Below are positions 47,801 to 54,589 of a stretch of 64,000 nt of DNA, piece by piece. The notes beneath the pieces were generated by a model that was given only the letters and a program-made list of their open reading frames with translations, did not search any database and was not told the origin of the DNA. The stretch spans positions 1-64,000 of the IMG/VR virus record IMGVR_UViG_3300022744_000022. One strand, 5' to 3'. How positions within the stretch are numbered: position 1 is the stretch's first letter; each line of letters opens with the position of its first letter. A program made the translations under genes and the position numbers.

Positions 47801-49330
47801 GACGCGGGAGATCCAAACCCTGCTTACACAGCTTTCCGTGGCGTCTCCATTCTCAACGTGATTAATGGTGCGATTGCCGATGAACGCAACATTGTGCGGT
47901 TGAAGGGCTGTGCAATTGACGGTCTTCTCGTTGAAGGCCCGTCTGTGGCCACGGGTGCTGGAACGTTTACAATGCCTGTGGTCAATGCTGTGGCGAGTAG
48001 CGTTCAGCACCTCGATATGTACCCTACTACGCAGTCCCTGCGGTTAGGGCCCTCCACAGCCCACGTGCAAGGCGGATTAACGTACTTCCGAGACGGCCTT
48101 TTTCGTAACCCGCGTTTCGGTAACGTGCCTTGGGCGTATTTGCGGGGCTACTTCGCAGTCTTTGACAACTTCAACATTCTGATCGAGTCCTCAGTGGATG
48201 TTGGGGGTGCGGTTGTTGACCTCTTCGGGTACAGCAAGTTCAATAACGGTACGTTGTCTAACGCTTCTTCTCTGATTCCCTACGGTGTCAGTCTTGGTGG
48301 CTTTGGTGGCAATGAGTGCCTCAATAATCGCTTGACCTCAACTGTCACTGTGTCCACTTATTGGCCGGTGTTGGTTGCTGGCGCAGGGAGCACAGGCCGC
48401 AACCGGGTCAGCGGCAACTTCCTGGACAACACCGGATCGCCTACCGGGCAGTACACAGACACGGGTTGGTCGGGAATCGTTGTCTTGGACTCAGATGACA
48501 ATGTGATTACGGACAACCGTATTCACATGTTGGACAACGCCGATCCGTTGGCCGGACACATCGCAGTCATTGGCGGCAACCTAAACGTCGTCAACAGTAA
48601 TGTGATCCACAACGAGCGTTTCCTTTCCGATTCAGATGGCTCGATAACCCCTCCGTTTTTCTCCCCCAACGTGATCTTTAGTATCACGGGACAATTCCCG
48701 AACAACGGTTTGGTGGGTAAGACTATCACAATCACGGGGGCGGCCACTGCGGCAAACAACGGTACATTCCCGATCACATCACGAGCCACCTCGCAGGTCG
48801 TTTACACGAACGCAGCGGCTGTCGTGCCCGACGCTAATAACGGGAGCATTACGTGGGCGCTTAATGACGGGTTCGCTCGCATTAAGTTTACAGCAGGTGG
48901 CGTGGATGCACGATACTGTGCCGCTACAGGCAACACCTTACGTGCCTCTAACCGAGGTCAGGCGGGAGCGGAAATCGTTATAGACGAGGACGACTGCACG
49001 GCCACAGGGAACGTACTGCTCAATGGTTCTACCGCTAGTGGTGCGGTGCTTTGGACTGACTTCAACGGTACAAGTGCCGATATCCTTGCCCCCTCGATCA
49101 CTGGCTTCCTGTGTGAGCTAAGTGGTGCGTCGGGCTTCACCTCAGAAGATGTCGGGGCTACTGTTTATATCGAGAACTCTATCGGAAATAACAACGGCAC
49201 TCACCTCATCATGGCAGTGCTCGATTCTACGACCGTGCAGCTCTACAACGGTAACGCAGGGGTCTTCTCAGCAGACACCAACATGAGTTGGGTGCGTACT
49301 AAGGGTTCCGGTACCAACGTTACGAGGTAA
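44831..49330 (+). CDS. tailspike/tail fibre with parallel beta-helix (pectate-lyase-like) repeats (1499 aa)
   Basis: PTLFLRPGTY entry motif followed by N/G/V/I-rich beta-helix repeats (ISGDSNTVSQL, VSGHNNTLDAV, ...SDDNVITDNRI). Confidence 0.75.
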   Translation: MPSTRDPVAVVQPGPGRLPANTVPANALIFPPGGGSSAALTAHITDPVGAHAATAISTTAGPAWLDGNPNAAITAQARIDEIIADLIANQGSNRTGQPGFAGNTWNVAAGALSTALTELFESANARPAWVLDANPAAKGDFVGPNALISAVAAGFYLTERPTLFLRPGTYNWTDPSATALDAVTIIGGNNVTIQNLAGNMRCGILTRISNVQIQLSGNLVFGGAGFCELRNVNLLVGGEVQVNPSSVLNSFEHVYGNSPQFFKVEAPRTMIRDYSNCQVRLLPTATDCVVGTGSVVAAGLKYNNLPALSVESARNSIQSVALSGNLIAGMLANWVEISGDSNTVSQLSLLNVPAAAGGNNAIWVSGHNNTLDAVSLSTMSGYIFPLFQVGGGVSTASGNVVTNLKLDAVSGALDDIIRLDGTSNSIDGIEIATVTTPAANQHALLVVGTSNKATQVRCTAFTSFNGALVKMSGVNGVVEGVTASSMTTPAANFSAVDISGEGCTVRDVRVQGLTSLPSTSTLFNVGSLCEDCRLENVLISSSITPSGKYLVLAGEANVVKDFKVSSLDIMQVGFELIAMYGVNCQLSGVQIDSFSNNAGATAAFMTLNGQNMMVEGVFFSGLGTAASLTLPLVRLTANSSGTLRNVRADGGTSVLRTAEFLTIAPAVTVGQWSIEDCYADMTDNSSNAITMVGASAFFMAIKDSTFRARGDGAVGSSATVFMQDMGFVEFRNVYIEATEGHATAFPNCAVTLDKVAISGGNGAPNAGRQLFHGSGYAVTNMAGTTTSLPLVLRDVVFSVGTSNVNTLSLGDPTLFFGGQGSAALSNHGPIEATGLQVMSGGLSNWNRSSIVAVDLASVAAGTAPSAFQNVTINLGNLSWVASGTHTGASTGNITAYAFPNQTITGLTGMTASMVGRYLTVSGAATAGNNGQFLINSFTNATTVVVTNNSGSGSDANDGALAWSVAGSPFPDSAPAFLGSAAAVLDVEGPNDAGDPNPAYTAFRGVSILNVINGAIADERNIVRLKGCAIDGLLVEGPSVATGAGTFTMPVVNAVASSVQHLDMYPTTQSLRLGPSTAHVQGGLTYFRDGLFRNPRFGNVPWAYLRGYFAVFDNFNILIESSVDVGGAVVDLFGYSKFNNGTLSNASSLIPYGVSLGGFGGNECLNNRLTSTVTVSTYWPVLVAGAGSTGRNRVSGNFLDNTGSPTGQYTDTGWSGIVVLDSDDNVITDNRIHMLDNADPLAGHIAVIGGNLNVVNSNVIHNERFLSDSDGSITPPFFSPNVIFSITGQFPNNGLVGKTITITGAATAANNGTFPITSRATSQVVYTNAAAVVPDANNGSITWALNDGFARIKFTAGGVDARYCAATGNTLRASNRGQAGAEIVIDEDDCTATGNVLLNGSTASGAVLWTDFNGTSADILAPSITGFLCELSGASGFTSEDVGATVYIENSIGNNNGTHLIMAVLDSTTVQLYNGNAGVFSADTNMSWVRTKGSGTNVTR

Positions 49331-49335
49331 GCACT

Positions 49336-49554
49336 GTGACCGTACGTAATCTAAAAGTGCAAATCAGTCTTGATGCCTCGGGTGTCCCGCAGTCAGCGGT
49401 CGCTTCGTACTTGGTTGTTGGCCCTTCAGAGATCCAACAGAAGACGCTACCTATAGCTAACCCGGATTGGACGCTCCCTGCCAAGATCTTTTGGCAAAAC
49501 GCAGCAACATCGGTAGCAGCAATCGAAGCGGTTCCTACTCAAGAAGAGGTTTGA
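49336..49554 (+). CDS. small protein after the fibre (possible fibre assembly chaperone)
   Basis: GTG start with GAGG SD, 72 aa, typical chaperone position. Confidence 0.55.
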   Translation: MTVRNLKVQISLDASGVPQSAVASYLVVGPSEIQQKTLPIANPDWTLPAKIFWQNAATSVAAIEAVPTQEEV

Positions 49555-49556
49555 TC

Positions 49557-49757
49557 ATGGGGCAACTTCACTACAAAGAGGTGCTGCTTCAGGGTGCGCC
49601 CCATGTTTTGGTCACCGCCACCTTGGTGTACACGTCAACACCTCAGCCAGAAGCTTCTGCTAAACTAGTGATCTCCCATCCGGGGGAAGATCAAAGCGTT
49701 GCCGCTCTCTGTGCCGCCTTGGTGTCTCAAGCTAAGGCAAAAGAGGGCAGCGAGTAA
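49557..49757 (+). CDS. small protein (66 aa), possible fibre chaperone
   Basis: ATG at 49557 with GAGG SD, preferred over the TTG at 49467 in the ORF track. Confidence 0.55.
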   Translation: MGQLHYKEVLLQGAPHVLVTATLVYTSTPQPEASAKLVISHPGEDQSVAALCAALVSQAKAKEGSE

Positions 49758-49759
49758 CT

Positions 49760-50377
49760 ATGTCCACCCACTACCTCATCGATCCTTTCACGACCAATGG
49801 AGACATCATCGATGTCTCCACCTCCTTGTTGGGCCAAGTTGACGCCACAGGTGCCACGGTCATCCGGGTTCCCGATGGGGTCGCGATCAACAACTCGCCC
49901 TCAAACCTTGCGGCGTTGCTGACCGAGAAGTATGACAGCCTCTTGGCGAGCTACGCAGGGTTCACCGAGATCGTGGCTGACGCTTGTATGGACCAACTCA
50001 CGGTGGACCTAGCGTTCAGTGAGAAGATCCAGGCGGGTGCGGGGTTCGTCCATCACGGGGTGCAGCCCTCAGGGGCCTTGGTGTCCACGCTCGTGCCGCT
50101 GGCCTTTGCCCCAACTCAATGCGTGCTGGTCTGGGAAGAGTTCTCGTTCACGGACCAGGACGACAAGACGGGACGAATGCAGCGGACCTTCGTTGAGGAG
50201 TCCGGGAACAACTGCTCTTGTGTCGTGAGCTTCGACGGGGGCGGGACGTTCAACTTTGCAGGCAATGGGCAGGTGCTAAACATCCCGGTGCCGAACCAAG
50301 GTAGCTCGTTCGCAATCGGCCTCACAAACCTCTCTGGATCCAGGATCCGCATTGGGTCCTGGGCACTGATCTACTGA
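49760..50377 (+). CDS. hypothetical virion protein (205 aa), beta-sandwich-like C-terminus
   Basis: In operon, typical codon usage. CVVSFDGGGTF pattern. Confidence 0.75.
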   Translation: MSTHYLIDPFTTNGDIIDVSTSLLGQVDATGATVIRVPDGVAINNSPSNLAALLTEKYDSLLASYAGFTEIVADACMDQLTVDLAFSEKIQAGAGFVHHGVQPSGALVSTLVPLAFAPTQCVLVWEEFSFTDQDDKTGRMQRTFVEESGNNCSCVVSFDGGGTFNFAGNGQVLNIPVPNQGSSFAIGLTNLSGSRIRIGSWALIY

Positions 50378-50434
50378 GCAAGTTTTTATAGACTCTCTGC
50401 GGGTACTGCAACATTGCTTGGGAGGGTCTGTGAA

Positions 50435-50905
50435 TTGAACACGCACGGTCGGCATCTTCTCGTTGAGTACCTGGGTTGCGACCCCGAGGCGCTCAATAAC
50501 GTGGACCAGATTCAAGCGTTGATGGAAATGGCAGCGATAGCGGCCAAGACCAACATCGTTTTCTCGAAGTTCAAACCCTTCGTCCCGCAAGGCGTCTCAG
50601 GGGTTGTGGTGGTCGAGGAATCGCATCTGTCCATCCATACCTGGCCTGAGTGTGGCTACGCCGCTGTGGACTTCTACACGTGTGGTGAAGGGGATCCGAA
50701 CGAAGCCCATGAGGTGCTTCGGGGTGGCCTTCAAGCTGCAAGCTTCGAGATGCTCTACGTTGAACGCGGTCGTGGTATCGAGGGTCATGGCCCCTGCATG
50801 AATCTCCAGAGCCACACCCGGGATACGTTGCCCCCGCCTACCGTGTCGGTTGAGATGACTGTCGAGTACCCGCTCGGACCGCAGAACGCTCGGGCTGACG
50901 CCTAA
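50435..50905 (+). CDS. speD: pyruvoyl-dependent S-adenosylmethionine decarboxylase proenzyme family (class 1b)
   Basis: GRHLLVEYLGC...GVSGVVVVEESHLSIHTWPECGYAAVDFYTCG, with the E|S autocleavage site. TTG start 9 nt after GGAGG. Confidence 0.92.
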   Translation: MNTHGRHLLVEYLGCDPEALNNVDQIQALMEMAAIAAKTNIVFSKFKPFVPQGVSGVVVVEESHLSIHTWPECGYAAVDFYTCGEGDPNEAHEVLRGGLQAASFEMLYVERGRGIEGHGPCMNLQSHTRDTLPPPTVSVEMTVEYPLGPQNARADA

Positions 50906-50908
50906 CGT

Positions 50909-53260
50909 TCACGGGTTCACCGCAATCGCGTGGATTGAGGTGCCCACCCAGTACAGGCACTCGTTCACAACCTGCATGGAGTTGAACGAGTAGGAACCCG
51001 AGCCAGTGAAGGTGTAGAGCGGAGTCACAGTGCCGCCGTTGACTGAGACCTTACGGACCTGCTTAGCGTTAGCATCCGCGAAGTAAACCGAGGTACCGTC
51101 GGTCGCGGTGGTGCTTGAGAACCCGTTGCCTGTCCCCACGAGCTTCTGCGCAGAACCGCCTGCCAAGGGCTTCTTCCACACGCCGCTGTTGGCAGGCTCG
51201 ATCCCAACGTAGAGGATGTAGTAGAGGTTGGTGCCATCCGTGGAGAGCGCTGTCATGGTGGTGGCAGCCGTGGGGAAGCTTGCCGAGACATAGCTCTCAA
51301 ACACCGTGGGGGTTCCGCCGTGGATCGGAACCCTAACGATGGGCTTTTGATTGACAGCGCCGTAGTTGATGTAGGTGGCGTAAAGGTACTGGCCATCCGT
51401 GACGAACGGTGCTCCGTACGTGTAAGAACCACCGAGCACGATGTCCGTAGTGGTGGTTGCCCGCCCCCAGTACGAGATGGTCGCGTTATCTTGGCGGCGA
51501 AAGAAGATGTCGGTTGCCGTGACGAGTAAGGCCCGGCCGTTGGCATTTCCGTAGGTGGTCAGGGTCCCGCCGCCGATGGGCTTCGAGAAAACCCCGGGGA
51601 ATGCTGGGATTTGAGCGTCACCGTCCGTGGTCCAGAACACATTGGAGCCCTGCACCGCGACACCACCGATGAACCCGGGCTGATTGGTGGCCAGCGAGAT
51701 GGTTGCACCGCCTGTGCGGGGCTGTTGATTCAGATTTCCGCCTTGGCTCCAGTAGATATTGTTGGCATCCACCGCGTAGTTGTTGGCCAGGATCCCCGAG
51801 TCGTAGACTCCACAAGTGCCTGACCCGCAGGCACCGCCGCAGCAACTGTGGCCGCACTGACCGCAGTTCGCTGAGTCCGAGGTGAGGTCAACCTCACAGC
51901 CGTTGGCCGGGTTGTTGTCGCAGTCATCGTGGTCAAGCTGACAGTCAAACGTGCAGGCACCTGCTTGGCAGTACGAGTCAGCACCCTGCACTGAGGGGCA
52001 GCCTTGAGCCGCTTGCCACTGACCGTTGCTTCCGCAGGTCTGGATCTGTTGCCCCGAGCACTGCTGAGTCCCGGGTTCGCAAACTCCCGTGCAAGCGCCC
52101 GCACTACACACGTACTGACAAGCCGAACCCGAGACCCACTGACCCGAACCATTGCAAGTTCGGGGGGTGTCCCCTTGGCAGCTCGTAGAATTCGGCGTGC
52201 AGCTTCCCGAGCAAACCCCTTCGCCACCGCACACGAAGCTACAAGCCGTCTCCGAGACCCACTGGCCCTGGGCATTGCAGCTCCGAGGCGTGAGCCCCTG
52301 GCAGTCCCGGTCCCCAGGGGTGCAGACACCTGAGCAGGTTCCGGCCCCGCATACGTACTGACAAGCCGAACCCGAGGTCCAGCTACCGCTGGAGTCGCAA
52401 GTCTGAGGAACCAGACCCGAGCACTGCTTGGCACTGGGGCTACACGACCCCGAGCACACCCCCTCTCCGCCGCAAACGTAAGGGCAAGCCGTTTCCGTGA
52501 CCCACTGAGCGGTCGCGTCACAGTGGCGAGGCACCAAGCCCGAGCAATCCCGGTCACCAGGGGTACAGACACCCGAGCACACGCCTTCACCGCCGCAGTA
52601 CAGCGAGCAGGCGGTTTCCTGTACCCACTGACCCGAGCTATCGCAGCTACGGGGGGTCAAGCCTTGGCAGTCCCGGTCGCCCGGTACGCATGCGCCCGTG
52701 CAGTCACCGGCACTGCAAACGAACGAGCAAGCGAGCCCTTGGACCCACTGGCCATTTGAGTTGCAGCTTCTCGGGTTAAGCCCCTGGCAATCCTTGTCTC
52801 CTGGATCGCAGACGCCCACGCATGCACCGGCTTGGCACACGTGGTCGCACACTTCCTGAGCTTCCCACTGCCCTGACACACAGGCGAACCTTTGAAGGCC
52901 CTCACACTTAGTACCGGGGCCTGAACCGGGGCACTCCGGGATCGTGGCATCCGATCCTGAGTCCGTGCCCGAGTCTACGGGGACGGTAGCATCGACCATC
53001 GCGGCGTCTTGACTACCCGCGTCCGTGATGCTGCCTGCGTCCACGCTGGCGGTCATGGCGTCCGCTTGGCTGCCGTCCTGGGGCGCTGCGTCCGAGACCG
53101 GCAGGCTGCCATCCTGAGGGCTCATCCCGTCCACGACGATTGAGTTACCGCCGTCCGTGAAGACACCCGGCATCGAATCCGTGCGGTCCACGATAGGGCT
53201 TCTATCCATCGAACACGCGGCCAAAAGCACGGCGAACACAACAACGAATTGCTTTTCCAT
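50909..53260 (-). CDS. myxobacterial-style lipoprotein: lipobox, D/A/S linker, 8 Cys-rich repeats, beta-propeller
   Basis: VLLAA|C lipobox. DAG/DSG linker. Repeats C.PG...C.G..P..C...GQW.....C...C..G.C. DCDNNPANGCEVDLTSDSANCGQCG. C-terminal AVDANNIYW / ATDGTSVYF propeller blades. Confidence 0.85.
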   Translation of the reverse strand: MEKQFVVVFAVLLAACSMDRSPIVDRTDSMPGVFTDGGNSIVVDGMSPQDGSLPVSDAAPQDGSQADAMTASVDAGSITDAGSQDAAMVDATVPVDSGTDSGSDATIPECPGSGPGTKCEGLQRFACVSGQWEAQEVCDHVCQAGACVGVCDPGDKDCQGLNPRSCNSNGQWVQGLACSFVCSAGDCTGACVPGDRDCQGLTPRSCDSSGQWVQETACSLYCGGEGVCSGVCTPGDRDCSGLVPRHCDATAQWVTETACPYVCGGEGVCSGSCSPSAKQCSGLVPQTCDSSGSWTSGSACQYVCGAGTCSGVCTPGDRDCQGLTPRSCNAQGQWVSETACSFVCGGEGVCSGSCTPNSTSCQGDTPRTCNGSGQWVSGSACQYVCSAGACTGVCEPGTQQCSGQQIQTCGSNGQWQAAQGCPSVQGADSYCQAGACTFDCQLDHDDCDNNPANGCEVDLTSDSANCGQCGHSCCGGACGSGTCGVYDSGILANNYAVDANNIYWSQGGNLNQQPRTGGATISLATNQPGFIGGVAVQGSNVFWTTDGDAQIPAFPGVFSKPIGGGTLTTYGNANGRALLVTATDIFFRRQDNATISYWGRATTTTDIVLGGSYTYGAPFVTDGQYLYATYINYGAVNQKPIVRVPIHGGTPTVFESYVSASFPTAATTMTALSTDGTNLYYILYVGIEPANSGVWKKPLAGGSAQKLVGTGNGFSSTTATDGTSVYFADANAKQVRKVSVNGGTVTPLYTFTGSGSYSFNSMQVVNECLYWVGTSIHAIAVNP
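51940..52933 (-). repeat. 8 tandem intragenic Cys-rich repeats (about 120-123 bp, 40-46 aa, 6 Cys each)
   Basis: Counted in the translation, e.g. CTPGDRDCQGLTPRSCNAQGQWVSETACSFVCGGEGVCSGS. Coordinates approximate. Confidence 0.85.
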
Positions 53261-53384
53261 GCAGGTACTACAAGTGGACGGCAGAAAACTCTAGTCGTCA
53301 AGCCGGTGTAACAGTGCTTTTTGGCGGTGGTGTAGGTGCGGGGTGGGGCCCGCTAAAGGCTTTGTACACTTCCCTTAGCAAGGG

Positions 53385-53654
53385 ATGCCGAAAGCCGAAA
53401 CTACCGGGGGACTCTTGAAGGGTTTTCGCTTGTCAGCGGGACTCACTCAAAAGGAGCTTGCCCTCAAGCTGGGGGTCAAGGCCGCCCACCTGTCCGAAGT
53501 CGAGAGTGGCCTGCGTAGGGTCAGTGTAGGGAGGGCGGTGCGCTGGGCTCAACTACTTGAGAGACCTGAACTGGAGTTCGTTCGCCTAGCTCTCCAGGAA
53601 GAACTGGACGCTGTTGGGGTCAGGATGACGGTGGAGGTCAAGGATGGGCGCTGA
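53385..53654 (+). CDS. XRE-family helix-turn-helix regulator
   Basis: LKGFRLSAGLTQKELALKLGVKAAHLSEVESGLRR. Confidence 0.9.
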   Translation: MPKAETTGGLLKGFRLSAGLTQKELALKLGVKAAHLSEVESGLRRVSVGRAVRWAQLLERPELEFVRLALQEELDAVGVRMTVEVKDGR

Positions 53655-54531
53655 TGGTGCGGGGCTGCCTAAAGGCTTCGTGTACAAGATTCAGAATACA
53701 TTGAACGGTAAAGTCTATATAGGCCAAACGACCCGAGGCATAGACGACCGTTGGCGGGAACATGTACGGAACAGCTACCGGGGTAAGTCTTCCCCACTTT
53801 GTGACGCTATTCGCGAATTCGGCCCGGCAACTTTTACGGTCCAAGAGTTGCCTCACACCAAGTCATTGCGCAGCGGAGAGTACGAGTGGATTAGGTACTA
53901 TAACAGTATGGATCCACGTTTTGGTTACAATGTTGCAGGCAGCGGATCAGAGCACTCCGAAGAGCGCCGACGGAAGATGTCCGTAGCCATGAAAAGAGTC
54001 TGGGCTGACCCTGAAACGCGAAACAAAATTACCAAGGCTATTCGTGGTGCGAACACCTCTGATGCAGTAAAAAAGAGGCGAACTAGGGGGCAACTTGTTC
54101 GGATGTCGCAGCAAGCTGAGAGATCAAAAATCGCTCTGTCTGTGACCGAATCATGGGCTGATCCTTTGACGGCACAACGTCACCGTTTGGCCATCGAAAA
54201 AATTAAGCCAGATCAATCCGATCGGATGCGGCAACGGATGTCAGATCCCGTTACGAAGGCTCAACTCGTGGCCGCCAGTAAACTGGCTTTAGCACACGCA
54301 GATGTGAAGGTTCGGCAGTCGGAACGGATGCGTCGTCGCATGGCAGATCCGAAGGTGAAGTTAGAACACGCCGCAAAGATGAAACTCGCTTGGGTAGACC
54401 CGGAGTCTCGATCCAAAAGGATTGCGGCTATGAAAGACGCACAGTCTGATCCAGCGCTGCGGGCACGTAAATCAGAGGCCATGAAGCGCACTTGGGCCAA
54501 GAAGAACGCTAAGTCGAGAAACTCCCTATAA
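53644..54531 (+). CDS. GIY-YIG homing endonuclease with C-terminal NUMOD3-like helical repeats
   Basis: FVYKIQNTLNGKVYIGQT...RWREH...EYEWI...GYNV. Repeated W/M-ADP helices (RKMSVAMKRVWADPE). Confidence 0.9.
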   Translation: MGADGAGLPKGFVYKIQNTLNGKVYIGQTTRGIDDRWREHVRNSYRGKSSPLCDAIREFGPATFTVQELPHTKSLRSGEYEWIRYYNSMDPRFGYNVAGSGSEHSEERRRKMSVAMKRVWADPETRNKITKAIRGANTSDAVKKRRTRGQLVRMSQQAERSKIALSVTESWADPLTAQRHRLAIEKIKPDQSDRMRQRMSDPVTKAQLVAASKLALAHADVKVRQSERMRRRMADPKVKLEHAAKMKLAWVDPESRSKRIAAMKDAQSDPALRARKSEAMKRTWAKKNAKSRNSL

Positions 54532-54589
54532 GCCCGCCCATTTGAACGGGGCCGTAGCCCCCTCGAAATCGGATCAGAGGGCAATAGCG

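Noticed and set aside
50909-53260. Calling the Cys-repeat protein TraA
   Set aside because: It has an N-terminal lipobox and a C-terminal propeller, not the PA14-like domain and MYXO-CTERM anchor of TraA, and there is no traB neighbour.
53221-53324. Complementary CCAAAAGCAC / GTGCTTTTTGG enclosing the lipoprotein start codon
   Set aside because: A single ~10-bp match about 85 nt apart, too weak without folding or covariation evidence.
32539-54531. HNH or GIY-YIG genes as group I intron-encoded
   Set aside because: The flanking genes end and start cleanly with no split CDS, and no non-coding space for an intron core is visible.
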